Source of the DNA: Thraustochytrium aureum
Lineage: Eukaryota
Length of the DNA stretch: 40,210 nucleotides
Assembly (NCBI GenBank): GCA_012862495.1
Contig: BLSG01000213.1
Span: 1 to 40,210, forward strand
Direction of reading: 5' to 3'
Part shown: positions 21,242 to 32,584 of the stretch, piece after piece
Layout of the letters: each line of letters opens with the position of its first letter
How positions within the stretch are numbered: the stretch's first letter is position 1
The notes under the pieces: generated by a model
Told to the model about the DNA's origin: nothing
What the model saw: the letters and a program-made list of their open reading frames with translations, nothing else
Database searches by the model: none
Program-made: the position numbers and the translations under genes

Positions 21242-21513
21242 CTCCGACCAGCCACCGTCTCCGCAGCCCTCGGGAGCTGCGCCGCAGCTGTGCACCGCCC
21301 GCGTCAGCCGGACGGGCCTGGGAGCTCTGGCTGTGTAATGTGCAGTGCGTGACCCGAGAGTGCCTCGAGACTCCATCGACAAGGGCGTCCGCGACATGAA
21401 CGGATCTATTGCCCTGTGTTGTGATGCACCTTGAAGGGCCACGCGAGAATCGCCGCGCAAGGGAGGCCGGCAGGCGCCTGTTGCTTTGGGGGCTGCGACC
21501 GGCCGCCCTGAGG

Positions 21514-23226
21514 ATGGCGCTTTCGTCGCTTGCAGCGCTCGCTCCTCGGCTTGCTCCTGGCAAGCTCGACGTGGATAGAGCGGCGGAGCAGGGCATCCTT
21601 GACGGTGAGAGCCGCGAGCACCTTGCCGCGAGGTTCACTTGCCGGGCATCAACGCACCTGGCGGGCCTGCTCGGGGTGGCTCCACAGCACAAAAGCGTGG
21701 AGGCCTGTGCGTCTGCCCGCGACCCTGGAGTCGACAGTACCTCAAAGGCGCCAAACAGAAGCAACGCGATTCCCGACAAACAAGCCGTACTTTCAGCCCG
21801 CTCGAGCAGCGTCAGCGGCGCCGTTTCGCGCGACATACAAAACCAAAATGACATTCTTGCCAGAAAACTGGCCCGGCTGAACGCCCTCTCCAGCGACGAC
21901 CACGCCCAGGACCTGCAACGCACAAAGACCTCCGGCGGCCAAAAGCTCGAAGCGGACCTCAATGCCGTGCGCCACTTACTAAAGGGACTGAGTGCAGGCC
22001 ACAAGGGCGAACTCACCACCGAGCTGGAGAGCGACTATGAAGTGGAGGACGCAACTGCCGAGAACGAGACAAGGTACTACAAACTGCCGTTCCATCCGGC
22101 TTGTGTAGGCTTCAAAGTGGTGTTGCGTGCAACCGAGGGAGATCCCGACCTCTACGTATGCCAGCGAAACCCGCGCCCAGACAAGGACAACCACACCTGG
22201 CGCTCTGCGTCCGAGGGCATTGACGTTGTTCACGTCCCCCCCGGCGCGGCTGGGTTTCGCACCACGCACGTGTATGTCGGGATTCACGGGCACAGCCTCT
22301 CGCAGTACAAGCTCAAGGCGACTTGGATCGAGAGCAAAGCTGATAGGGACGCGGACGCGAACGGACGTCGTCACTGCAAAGGTGCAGGCCTAAGGGTTGC
22401 GGAAAAGATTGAAATGCGCCGCGCCCGAGACCGAAATGTGGCAAACGTTTCCAGAGCGCCACCGGTGCAAGCTGCTGCAAGACAAGAAAGCCAAGGTAGC
22501 AGCGAGCCCATGCGCTATAAATGGGGCGCACGAGTTGATTCAGCGTTGCGGACGCCGAGCGCTCCGCGAAGGCCGCGGCGGCAGTCCGCAGAATACAGCG
22601 TGAAGGGCAGGCTAATGAGAGAGCTTTCGCGCGTGCGAGAGACCGACGGGTCAAGGTCAGTTCAGCGAGAGGTTTGGCGCGGGGCTGCGGCGGACTTTAT
22701 TGTGCCAGCCAAGTCTGGCGTTTTGCGAGAGTATGAGCTTCGAGGGGAGGCGGCAACCTGCGGCAAGGAGGCACTCAAGGCGGTGTTGGGCCTCCCGAGG
22801 TGTTTTGGAGAGCGGCACCGACCAGGCCCAAATTTCCTTCGGCCTCGCTTGCTTTTGCACTCGGACGGCAGCGAGCGGGTCCTTCAGAGGGCCGTGGGCG
22901 TCGAGAGAGAGCTTGCAGCGTGCCGATTGCGCAACCGACGCAACGACGAGGTCTTGCGCCGTCATATCGGCGCAAGCGCAGTCGTGACAGAGCTCGGAGG
23001 GCTTTCGCTTGAGGCTCCAGTCCGAACGCGGAACCAGACCGCTGGCCAGGAGTTGCGCCAGAAAGCAAGGGCGGGCCATGGCTCGGCTCCACCTGGCGCC
23101 GAAAAGGAGAGCGTGTTTTTGGGCATGACAGACTATGAGATGCATATGGACCGGCTGACTGTGACAGCAGCACCTGCAAATCGACGCTGCACGGTATTTC
23201 GGCGCAAGCGCCGAGACGGCAATTGA
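21514..23226 (+). CDS. Hypothetical protein containing a PPC-like (pre-peptidase C-terminal) beta-sandwich domain
   Basis: 'RYYKL...VVLRATEGDPDLYV...HTWRS...VYVGIHG...YKLKATW' matches the GDPDLYV PPC-like pattern. First plausible ATG at 21514. Confidence 0.65.
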   Translation: MALSSLAALAPRLAPGKLDVDRAAEQGILDGESREHLAARFTCRASTHLAGLLGVAPQHKSVEACASARDPGVDSTSKAPNRSNAIPDKQAVLSARSSSVSGAVSRDIQNQNDILARKLARLNALSSDDHAQDLQRTKTSGGQKLEADLNAVRHLLKGLSAGHKGELTTELESDYEVEDATAENETRYYKLPFHPACVGFKVVLRATEGDPDLYVCQRNPRPDKDNHTWRSASEGIDVVHVPPGAAGFRTTHVYVGIHGHSLSQYKLKATWIESKADRDADANGRRHCKGAGLRVAEKIEMRRARDRNVANVSRAPPVQAAARQESQGSSEPMRYKWGARVDSALRTPSAPRRPRRQSAEYSVKGRLMRELSRVRETDGSRSVQREVWRGAAADFIVPAKSGVLREYELRGEAATCGKEALKAVLGLPRCFGERHRPGPNFLRPRLLLHSDGSERVLQRAVGVERELAACRLRNRRNDEVLRRHIGASAVVTELGGLSLEAPVRTRNQTAGQELRQKARAGHGSAPPGAEKESVFLGMTDYEMHMDRLTVTAAPANRRCTVFRRKRRDGN

Positions 23227-23319
23227 TTCTTGTATATAAGTGTTGATTCCATTCTACGAGATCTTGTTTGGGGCGCCCGCGAGCCTTTGCGCAACGAGCG
23301 CGCCTCTCAGTAACGGGAC

Positions 23320-24105
23320 TCAGGCCTCCTTGCTCTCTGCCTTGCGAGGAAACGAGGTGTAGATGTCAATTGCACTTGCAGCCGCCCCGCAGATCCCGCA
23401 CAGGAACTCGTGCGTCATAAAAATCTCGCTGATGTGAAGGGTGCTGATCAGCGTCACAAAGTGCTTGACCACGTCGAGGCGCAGCCCGTGCAGCCGGTTC
23501 GCGTCGCGGGTCTCCTTGTCCTTGCTGTACTCTTCCTTCAGCTCGTTGGAGAAGTAGGCGAGGCTCACAAAGCTGCTGAGCACGAACCCAGTGAAGCTAA
23601 TCCGCTTGCTCTGCGCTTGGTCGCCCGGGAGCCAGTTGATCTGCTGCAGCCAGCGGACGTGGTCAACGAGCTGCCAGAACATGAGGCTCAGCTGCGCTAC
23701 CACAAAGGCGGGGCGATTGCGCCAGGGGCACGAGCTTTTTTGCAGAGCCAGGATCACGGGCACGCTCGCGAGCCAGCGGACGGTGCGTCGCGACTCCATG
23801 ATGCGCACGAAGAGCGAGCGCATCTTGTCGTGGACCCAGGCGGCCCGCTCGTACTCGGGCGTGCCCTTCTCTGCGCGAGCCATGGCGTCCGCAGCGAGGC
23901 CAGCGATGCCGCGCGCCTATTCGGCCAAGTGGTCTGTTAGCTTTTTGCCATGGAGCTGGCCTCGAGCGCGCTCTCGGTTGCGCGCGCATGCAGCAAACCA
24001 GAAACGTACCCCATAGTGAACGGTCTTGCCGAGTTTGTCGCGGCCAGCCGAGGTGGCCAGAAAAGTGTTGAGGCCAGCCAGGGAGAGGTCAAAGTTGGGC
24101 GCCAT
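23320..24105 (-). CDS. PEX11: Peroxisomal biogenesis factor 11; exons 24105-24010 and 23916-23320
   Basis: N-terminal 'LNTFLATSAGRDKLGKTVHYG|AR', 'SRRTVRW', 'DHVRWL' and C-terminal hydrophobic helices. Phase-0 intron 24009-23917 (GTACGT...CTAAC...TAG) joins two ORF-track fragments. Confidence 0.88.
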
Positions 24106-24609
24106 GTCGTCCTCAGTTCCTGCCGCCGGCGCCTGCGCTTGTCTTTCGCAGCCCGCCTCGCTCCCCGACGCCACGCCGCTCCCTGTCCACTAGAGCGAGC
24201 GCTGTGCTGCACTTGGCTGCAGAGTTGGCGTTCCTCGCGTCGTGCGCTTGGCGTCTCGCGCTCTGGCCTCCGAAAGTGTTTCGAGCGAGTCTGTCGTGCT
24301 CGTGCTCTTGCAAAACAGGACGGACGGGCGGACGGACTGACGCCAATGGACCTCACTGGCAAGTCGGTAGGCCTACTTAGGGAGTAAGTAGGTGAGCAGA
24401 CTCTGTGGTTCTGTGGTGTGGCTGGGAGCGAGCCTGAGCCCAGAAACACCATGATGATGGACCATCCAGCTCGCTGTGCCGAGTCTCCGACTTGCAGCAG
24501 AAAGGACTCTGCAAGGGCTGATGTCGATGTAGTACCATCTGCCAGTGATCTGTTCAGAATTCTGTTCTGAACTGATGTGATCTTTACTTTTGATTGAGTG
24601 ATTCAGAAT

Positions 24610-27024
24610 TCAGGTGTCGACATGCCAGAGCAAGCTCGAAACAAAACCCGCCGGGACCTCGCGATGCTCCACAGAAAGGCGCGGCTGGCCGTCGTACTGC
24701 AGCGCGTCGAGCTCGCGGTCGTGGATTACTCGCTCGCAAATTCGAGCGACGGTTTGAGACGCGACAAACAGGAGCGCGGCCGCAGCAACCACAATCCAGC
24801 ACCCGCTCAAAAAGCTCGTCTGGATGCCAAAGCACGGTTCCTTGGCAAGACGCTCAATCAGGTCGCAGCGATCCCCGACGAGGAACTGCGCAAACTGGTT
24901 GATCTCGACGCAGGCCGCAATAATCGAGACGATGAAGCAGTCCAGCGCGGCCCAGCTCGAGATGATCTCCGTGGTGTCGAACACGATCTTTTGGTCTCGA
25001 AGCCGCATCGGTACGAGCCAGAGGGCGAGGTAGAAGACGCACTGCACGAGCGGCATCACCAGGGCGAAGAGGAGGTACACGGTCTGCAAGAACACGACCC
25101 CGGCGTGGTTGGGCGGGTCGAGAGTTTCACTTCCAGGGTCCATGGCTCGCGCGATCGAGACCAGACTGTACCGGCGCACCTTGGACTCGGGCTGCACGAG
25201 GTCGATGGCTTTGCCGGCGAGCCCAGTGAAAGTAAACTCGAAAGACTCGGTTGTCGCTCCCAGCACTGTGAGCGCCGCAGACCCGGCCAGCAGCAGCACA
25301 ACGCCGATGCGCGTCCAAGCACCAATCGATAGCGCTTGGTTGTCTCGCACCCGAAACACGTGCGAGACGATCGCCTCTTTGCGGTTGACGAGGTCACCAA
25401 AACCAGCCACCTCGTCGCTCCCCACGCCGTACCATGATCCGGTCGGGCACGGGCAGCAAAACGCCCTCCGGCGGGATCGCTTCTCCGCGACCTCGCTAGA
25501 GGCCCGGCGGTCCGCCAGCTCTGGGTCGTGGGCGAATTCGTTGAGCGCGCTGCTTGACGAGGCCTCGGCGGTCTCTGCTCGCGCGTCTGCGAATGCCAGA
25601 GCCTGGTCGGCGCCGCAAGCGTCTGCGAGCGACTGGACCTCGTCCTCGATCATCATACTCACTTGGCGCGAGGTCGCAGTTCGGTGGTAAGCCAGCACCA
25701 CGTGGTTCATGAGGAGGCTGAGCATGGCAGCGCCGACAAAGCCAAAGATCCCGTACTCGGAGGTCACCGTGACATCAAGAACGACCAACTGGCGGGGAAG
25801 GACCCAGTGCGCGTATGGGATGGAGCTCGAGTCGATGTGGAATCGAAATGCGACGCTCATCATGACCATGAGGAAGATGTCGATCATGCACCATTTGCCA
25901 AGCGCGTCAAAGACGAGCAGCATGCGGCCGCGCGTTGTCTCACTTAGCCAGGTCGGGGGGATGAACCAGCAAACCAAAAGTAGGACGAGCTTGAGGTAGG
26001 GCCAGATACCGCTCCAGACGAGCACCAAAAGCGCCAGGATGTAAACCCCGGCTTTGTACATTTCGGTGATTGTGTTGACCAGCGAAAATTGGAACAAAAA
26101 CTCGGGCCCGACGAGCTTGGTCCACGGCTTGGGTTTCCACCAAGGGAACTGGGGCGGGTCGAATTCGTACTTGACCAAGAGCTCCACTGTTGCGCCCACG
26201 TGGGTGTTGGCTGCCACGAACAGCCCGATTGTCACTAACAGGAAGAAGGGAACGAGGGCCTTGGCATGATTTGGGACCACCGTGGAGGCAAAGATAGACG
26301 ACCGCGCGTGCGGCGGCCGCTCCTCCGCAGCCGAGCGGCTACCGGCAAGCAAGGGCTGATGGTGGGCCTCCGGAGCTAGGCTGCTTGCGTGCGCTTCGTC
26401 GGCGCGAGCAGCGTCTGCAAAGGGGATGTGGGACTCGCTGTCTACCTCGCGCCTTCGAAGAATCGAGGTCAGAGAGCGCGACATGCACACGATCATGAAG
26501 ATTTCCAGAGCGGCGCCAATTCCCAGGAAGCAAACGAGGAAAATCAGGATCTGTTTCCATTCCTCCTTGGGCACGGGGACCGAGACGGCGCTGGCGCTTG
26601 GAGGCGAACTGCTTCGTCGAGGCCAGGACTCTAGTAGCGCAGCTTCATTACCGGCCCCGCGCTCAAACAGTGCGTCCGTTTCGTGGAGGCTCGCGCTAGG
26701 CGTGGCACCGAGAGGGCCGGCATTGTACCACAATCCCGCCGAAGTGGCGGCCAACGCGCCGCAGACCCACTCGTCGCCCCTGCAGGTCAGGCGACTCTCT
26801 TGCACGTCAAGCACAAGCTGAACCGCGCTGGACGTGTGGAGCGACCCGTCTGGACAGGCAAAGGTGACCGCCCCAACGTCCAGCGCCAGGAGGTCCCCGT
26901 CGGCGACCCGGAAGCTTGATGTGTTGACTGCTTGGCAGTAGTCGGCGGGACCGCTCCACGACTGAGCCGGCTGGACGACTCCAGCAAAGCCCACCAGCGC
27001 CCCAAGGGCTGCCCGACTGGCCAT
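24610..27024 (-). CDS. Multi-pass membrane protein with two paraquat-inducible protein A (PqiA)-like domains; alternative start at 27375
   Basis: FSLVNTITEMYKAGVYILALLVLVWSGIWPYLKL...LGKWCMIDIFLM and second copy YSLVS...ISSWAALDCFIVSII. Signal-peptide-like MASRAALGALVGFAGVVQPAQS at 27024. Confidence 0.8.
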   Translation of the reverse strand: MASRAALGALVGFAGVVQPAQSWSGPADYCQAVNTSSFRVADGDLLALDVGAVTFACPDGSLHTSSAVQLVLDVQESRLTCRGDEWVCGALAATSAGLWYNAGPLGATPSASLHETDALFERGAGNEAALLESWPRRSSSPPSASAVSVPVPKEEWKQILIFLVCFLGIGAALEIFMIVCMSRSLTSILRRREVDSESHIPFADAARADEAHASSLAPEAHHQPLLAGSRSAAEERPPHARSSIFASTVVPNHAKALVPFFLLVTIGLFVAANTHVGATVELLVKYEFDPPQFPWWKPKPWTKLVGPEFLFQFSLVNTITEMYKAGVYILALLVLVWSGIWPYLKLVLLLVCWFIPPTWLSETTRGRMLLVFDALGKWCMIDIFLMVMMSVAFRFHIDSSSIPYAHWVLPRQLVVLDVTVTSEYGIFGFVGAAMLSLLMNHVVLAYHRTATSRQVSMMIEDEVQSLADACGADQALAFADARAETAEASSSSALNEFAHDPELADRRASSEVAEKRSRRRAFCCPCPTGSWYGVGSDEVAGFGDLVNRKEAIVSHVFRVRDNQALSIGAWTRIGVVLLLAGSAALTVLGATTESFEFTFTGLAGKAIDLVQPESKVRRYSLVSIARAMDPGSETLDPPNHAGVVFLQTVYLLFALVMPLVQCVFYLALWLVPMRLRDQKIVFDTTEIISSWAALDCFIVSIIAACVEINQFAQFLVGDRCDLIERLAKEPCFGIQTSFLSGCWIVVAAAALLFVASQTVARICERVIHDRELDALQYDGQPRLSVEHREVPAGFVSSLLWHVDT

Positions 27025-28342
27025 GTTGCGTCGCTTGCTCTTCGAGCGCTCTGGTGCGGAAGCGGTCGCTTGCGGGCGCCACGGCGTGGTCGCTTTCGGC
27101 GGCGAGCGTTCGTCCACGATGCGTGACGGCCCGCCAAGCGCAGTTGATCCGTGCAGGCCGGCGGCGAGCGCCCCGCCCACTTCGGGGGTGTTGTGTTCGT
27201 GTTCAGGCGCGGTGAGTTCAAGCGCCGCCAGCACCACCGCGACAGCGCACGTGAGCAGCGAGAGCGTATTCAGGTCTTGCGCCCACACAGAGCACAGCTC
27301 TGCAAACAGCCCTTCAAGCCCCTGCCTGAGCTGCGCGCTGCACGCCACAACCAGCACCACTCCGAGCACGTACATGGCGCTGCCAGCCACGCAGCGACCC
27401 AGCCAGCCAGCCAGCCACGCAGCGACCCAGCCANNNNNNNNNNNNNNNNNNNNNNNNNNNNNNNNNNNNNNNNNNNNNNNNNNNNNNNNNNNNNNNNNNN
27501 NNNNNNNNNNNNNNNNNNNNNNNNNNNNNNNNNNNNNNNNNNNNNNNNNNNNNNNNNNNNNNNNNNNNNNNNNNNNNNNNNNNNNNNNNNNNNNNNNNNN
27601 NNNNNNNNNNNNNNNNNNNNNNNNNNNNNNCGTGTTTGCCGAGCGCGCCACCATCCTGCTCGCACATTTCGCATTTCCGACAGGCCCCGCGGTGACGCCA
27701 GCACCAGGCGCCCCACGCAGACCCTACGTCACGCAGCCGCTGTTGGCGCCAACACCGCTTCGCAAACCACATCCCGAAACAGCGGGGCGGCCAGCAGCAG
27801 TAACTAACTCTAGAGGCCTATTCACAACAGGTTTATTGCGGGCCGCCCCTTCGGCACACTCCACTTTCAAGGCTCTTGATCAATCAAGGGTACTCTACCT
27901 ACTTACTTGCTCACGTTGGAGATGCGAGCAGAAAGACGCTGGAGCAGAGAGGCCTTCCGAGTCGCTCCTGGCAGCGCGCAGCGGGGAAAGAAGCAAAATC
28001 CAACACAAAAACAACAAAAGCAGCAACATCTTGATCAAGAACAGGCTGAACAGCAAAAACCAGATTCAGCAGAATTCAGAAGAGCAAGAAAGAGGGTGCG
28101 CACGGTAATAGAGGGGTGAGCGGCTGCGAAGCAGAGGGCGGATCGCACATCGGGAGCGGGCCGTTCAATCAATCAATCAGCAATCAAAGCGTCGAAGAGC
28201 GCGACTGCGGTAGCGTGTCCCTGGTGCTGGTGCTGGTGCAGGTGCTGTCGTTGTCGTTGTTGGTATTGCTAGTTGCGCTTGGCACTGCGGGCGACGAGGA
28301 GGGATGCCGAAAGTGCGCGAAGGGGAGAATGAGCTCCAGGCG

Positions 28343-29143
28343 ATGGAGAACACGCTGCCGCTGGACAAGCTGTTCGGCGTGAGCGGCAAGGTCGTCGTCG
28401 TGACGGGCGGCGGCTCGGGCATTGGCGCCATGATCGTGATGGGGTTTGTGCGGAACGGGGCCAATGTCTATGTGGTGTCGCGCAAAGATACGGCTGCCTT
28501 TGCAGCCGAGGTGCAAGCGCGCGGCACGGGCAGGTGCACGAGTTTGCAAGGCGACCTCGGCACCGACGAGGGCGTGGCAGCGTTCGCGGCGGAGATGGAG
28601 CGGCGGGAGCCGGGCGGCGTGGACGTGCTGATCAACAACTCTGGAACCAACTGGGCGCAGCCGATCGAAGAGTACGAGCCCAAGGCGTGGGACAAGGTCT
28701 ATGCGCTCAACGTCAAGGCGGTGTTCAACTTGACGCGACTTCTCGTGCCGCAGCTTGAGCGCGCAGCTAAGCGCAGCGGCTCGCCGTCGCGAGTGATCAA
28801 CATTGCTTCTATCGATGGGCTGCGCGTCCCCGCCTTGGATACCTTTGCCTACAGCAGTGGCAAAGCGGCTGTGTCCCACTTGTCTCGCGTCCTTGCTGGC
28901 AAGCTTGGCGCGCGGGGCATCACGGTGAACAGCGTGTGCCCGGGGCCGTTCCCGAGCAGGATGATGCGCGGCACGATCGAGCAGGCTGGCGAGGCGATCA
29001 AAGAGGGCGTGGTGCTTGGCCGCCTCGGGGAGCCGCAGGACATGGCTGGAGTCTGCATGTACCTCAGCTCAGCAGCGGGTAGCTTTGTTACTGGCGCTGA
29101 GATTGTCGTCGACGGCGGTTCAGTGGTCCGGCCGCGTATTTAG
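28343..29143 (+). CDS. Classical short-chain dehydrogenase/reductase (RhlG/FabG-like); alternative ATG at 28304
   Basis: TGGGSGIG, DVLINNSG, INIAS, YSSGK, ITVNSVCPG, FVTGAEIVVDGG. Confidence 0.93.
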   Translation: MENTLPLDKLFGVSGKVVVVTGGGSGIGAMIVMGFVRNGANVYVVSRKDTAAFAAEVQARGTGRCTSLQGDLGTDEGVAAFAAEMERREPGGVDVLINNSGTNWAQPIEEYEPKAWDKVYALNVKAVFNLTRLLVPQLERAAKRSGSPSRVINIASIDGLRVPALDTFAYSSGKAAVSHLSRVLAGKLGARGITVNSVCPGPFPSRMMRGTIEQAGEAIKEGVVLGRLGEPQDMAGVCMYLSSAAGSFVTGAEIVVDGGSVVRPRI

Positions 29144-29408
29144 GCTCCCTCGGGAGTAGGTCGCTCTCTGTGGCTCTCTCTAGAGCTAGCTACTAGAGAG
29201 AGACGAGCGCTGCCGCGTTCGCGCGGCGCCCCCAACCCGGGCGTTCCTCGTATGAAGCGGATGAATTGCTGACAGTTTTCTTATGTGGCCCTCGGTTTCG
29301 CAGTTGCTGCCAGCTCTTGGCGCGCAAGGTGGGCTCGGCTGCGCAAGGCCCAGGCCACAGCTCAAGCCACCCGCCTTTGCAAGCTTTATTGGCTTGCTCT
29401 AGAGCGTA

Positions 29409-29413
<5 letters not shown>

Positions 29414-29440
<27 letters not shown>
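29414..29440. repeat. (CT)n microsatellite abutting an N-gap
   Basis: ctctctctct... directly before the gap at 29441. Confidence 0.9.
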
Positions 29441-29690
29441 NNNNNNNNNNNNNNNNNNNNNNNNNNNNNNNNNNNNNNNNNNNNNNNNNNNNNNNNNNNN
29501 NNNNNNNNNNNNNNNNNNNNNNNNNNNNNNNNNNNNNNNNNNNNNNNNNNNNNNNNNNNNNNNNNNNNNNNNNNNNNNNNNNNNNNNNNNNNNNNNNNNN
29601 NNNNNNNNNNNNNNNNNNNNNNNNNNNNNNNNNNNNNNNNNNNNNNNNNNNNNNNNNNNNNNNNNNNNNNNNNNNNNNNNNNNNNNNNNN

Positions 29691-30797
29691 AAGAAACCCG
29701 GCCCACTCGTCTGGAAAGGCGTTCACAAGGTACATGTGGTGGCCCATCGCGTTCGGAAACGTCTTGCGCAGCTCAAACGCAAAGACGCGGCCGTCGCTCA
29801 CGTCAAGTAGACGGTGTAGTCCACCCGTCGCGTACGGAATCATGGGGTCCTTGCGGTGGAACATGCAGCACGTTGGGGCCGAGTAGAACAGCTTGGGGTC
29901 ACTCACATCAAGCTGCCAGCGAAAGAGGTCCAATATGGGGGGGAGAATTGACCCCAAGACGCCACTAGCAAAGGCGAGGGCCATGACGCCGCAAAGCACC
30001 TTGGCACGCTCGAGCATCACCGCGACCGAGCTCGAGAGCACGAACGCGACGAGAAACCCCCCAAATATCCCAATGCTAGCAGCCGCAAAGGGGTCGTCGA
30101 GCATACTTTGCGCCACAGAGCTCAGAACCGCAAAAGAGCGGTCGCTCACGACAACCAGGGTCGGCCTTGACTTGCGCAGCGCCATAGCCACAGCGCCGCC
30201 CAAACTCCACCCATGCACGACAATGTCGCGCTCTGCCACCCCGAGCTTGTCGACCGCAAAGTCGAGGACCGCGCTGGCATCGTCCACGAGATCTTGGGCG
30301 CTCGAGGGCCACCCTTCCGAATCGCCAACGCCACGAAAATTGAAAGCGACTACCTTGCTGGCACCGGCGTCCTTGGCATACTCTGCAAGGAAAGGCCCGA
30401 TCTGCTCAAAGCTGGCGCCGTTTGGGCACAAGAATACCAGCGTCATTCCGCTGGGAGTTGCTGGCTTGCTGGGCTTGAAGGAGGCCGCGCTTAGCGTGAA
30501 CGAGGCGCGGCCGGGGCTGTGCACAGGCACGCGATGGAGGTCCCAGCCCGATTCTGCGAGACTGGGAAGGGTGCCGCTTTTGGCCAAGTACGTTGCAGGC
30601 AGCACCAGCGAGCAAATAAGTGTGTCGACGAGGAGGAGCGCTATCAGGGCGCGGATCGACATGAGCGCAAGCTCCCCAGCGCGGTGCACTGGGGAGCTCT
30701 TGCTTTCCGGTGCGACCCGCTGCCACAGGACGTGGAGCAGCGCATACACAACAAACACTTGAGACGCTGTAGCGCCGACCTGAACAAACGGGATCAT
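29691..30797 (-). CDS. Membrane-anchored alpha/beta hydrolase (ABHD13/16/17-like); 3' end in N-gap
   Basis: N-terminal hydrophobic helices, CPNGASFE, FNFRGVGDSEG, nucleophile elbow HGWSLGG, DRSF, candidate Asp (RKDPMIP) and His (GHH). Confidence 0.85.
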
Positions 30798-30827
30798 CCT
30801 CTCTGACCACCTAGGACCTGCACTTCG

Positions 30828-30899
30828 CCAGCCCACCCGCCAGCCCACCCGCCTGCCCACCCGCCTGCCTGCCAGCCAGCCAGCCAGCTAGCCAGCCAG
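30828..30899. repeat. CCAG/CCCACCCG low-complexity repeat upstream of the hydrolase gene
   Basis: ccagcccacccgccagcccacccgcc...gccagccagccagccagc. Similar CCAG arrays at about 27398-27433 and 35308-35357. Confidence 0.75.
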
Positions 30900-31216
30900 T
30901 GCGTTGACTCGCTCGCTGCTGCTCGCGAGCGAGTCCTCGTCGCCGTAGGGCAGTTTGTTGTGGACGACAGAGACTCTACAACAGCAGGAGTACCTACTTG
31001 CGAGTTTTGGGGTCAAGTTCACATGCGCGGTGCGATCGCACGGCGCTGCTTGGCATTCCTCGGCCGCTGTGCGCGCCGCGACCACACACGGTCAGCGCGT
31101 GAGGAGGGCCTGTTGACTCTGGCAGGCCAAGCCACCGCTGCTCGTGAGCAAAAACAACCAAGCTCCGAATGAGTTTCAGCACAACCAAGGCTTGGGAACG
31201 CAAGCAGCAGCTAGCT

Positions 31217-32311
31217 CTAGCTAGAAGTAGGGCTCGGCGAGAACGCCGCGTTCGCAACGAGGTACCCGTTCGCAAAGTCCGAAGCGGCCATCGGGCGCTT
31301 GCCCGCGGGCTGTAGCTCCAAGGCCTCGACAAACGCGTCGTCACGACAAGCAACAAACGTCCGCCGCAGCGGCCCCAGGCCCGCAACAACAGCCGTGCCG
31401 GGTGAGACTGGCAGCAAGCAGCCATCGAGCCCGACAGCCTGAGCGACCTCGTCCCGGGCCGCAGGGCGGCACGCCATTCGCACGAAGAGCACCCTCTTGT
31501 CGCCCAAGTAGGCGTGCACGCCACCGTTGGCCGCCAAACCCCTCCACCGATTGCACACGGCCGCAGCGTCCAGTGCGGCAAAGTCGAGAACGCGCTCTTC
31601 AGGCTTGATCTTGAAGGCGGTCCGAAGGCGAGGCTTGGCCCCGCCAAGAGCGGCGCTCGTCTGCGGCACGGCGGCTTGCGCAGCCGCATCGAAGTCTTGC
31701 ACCGCGCGGACGAGCTCCTCCGTGCCAGCGGCCAAGAGCTTGCTAAGGAGAGACGGGTAGTCGTCTTCTGCAGCCACAGGCACGGAGACTTGGCTCAGCA
31801 AGTCGCCGGTGTCAAAGCGCTCGGGGTCGACCCGGATCAGCGACACGCCGGTCGTTGTCTCGCCGTTCATAAGCGCCCGCTGCACAGGCGCTGCGCCGCG
31901 GTACTGCGGCAGCAGCGACGGATGCAAGTTGACAGCGCCTCGTGGGAACGCGTCCACGAGCTCCCCCGGCAGAAAGTACCCAAACGAGACAACCACGCCG
32001 AGGTCGAACCTGGCCGCAATCTCTTCGGGTTTCGGGACCCACCCTTGAGCGTCCGGCAGCGCCAGCGAGCCGTCCGGCCGGCGCCGCGGCAACGCGGTCT
32101 CGAGCGGGGCGTCATGCGTCCTCAGCGCCTTCTCGGCCGCGAAGGCGCGCACTGGCCCCGGCACAGCCACGCGTCTTTTCGCGCCTCGACCGACGGCCTT
32201 CGCCACAGGGCAGACCACCTCGAGGCCGAGCTTGCCCGACTCGTGCAGCGCATGCAGGCCCTGCAGCGCCACGAGCGAGGCCGCGTCGCTGCCGAAGAAA
32301 AGCACGCGCAT
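31217..32311 (-). CDS. MTFMT: Methionyl-tRNA formyltransferase
   Basis: MRVLFFGSD, DLGVVVSFGYFLP, NLHPSLLPQYRGAAPVQRALMNGETTTGVS, FDTGDLL, C-terminal LQPAGKRPMAASDFANG. Confidence 0.93.
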   Translation of the reverse strand: MRVLFFGSDAASLVALQGLHALHESGKLGLEVVCPVAKAVGRGAKRRVAVPGPVRAFAAEKALRTHDAPLETALPRRRPDGSLALPDAQGWVPKPEEIAARFDLGVVVSFGYFLPGELVDAFPRGAVNLHPSLLPQYRGAAPVQRALMNGETTTGVSLIRVDPERFDTGDLLSQVSVPVAAEDDYPSLLSKLLAAGTEELVRAVQDFDAAAQAAVPQTSAALGGAKPRLRTAFKIKPEERVLDFAALDAAAVCNRWRGLAANGGVHAYLGDKRVLFVRMACRPAARDEVAQAVGLDGCLLPVSPGTAVVAGLGPLRRTFVACRDDAFVEALELQPAGKRPMAASDFANGYLVANAAFSPSPTSS

Positions 32312-32584
32312 CGCCGCAGGCAAGGTGGCGCGAAGGGGATCTGATCGGCGGCAGACCCCGAACGACGCCAGCCCGCACGCCCCGCGCAGTGCCCCGGCGC
32401 GCACGTCAGGAGAGCGGACGGGCGGCTGGCCAAGCTCGGAGCCGCCGCCCTGTCTCTGGAGAACCGCGCAGGCATGCAGGAGGCAGAGTGGGAGCAGAGC
32501 GGGCTGGTGACCGGCGACGAGGGGGCGCCCTCCGCAGCCGGCAGGGACACGGAAGCCGGCAGGAAGCGGCGCGAGACCAGCGCG

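Noticed and set aside
24451..24521. C/D-box snoRNA candidate (ATGATGA ... CTGA) in an intergenic region
   Set aside because: No convincing terminal stem and no rRNA-complementary guide recognised; a snoscan/Infernal search would be needed.
27990..28110. A-rich tract giving Q/K/N-rich short ORFs
   Set aside because: Low-complexity intergenic sequence between divergent genes; no family signal.
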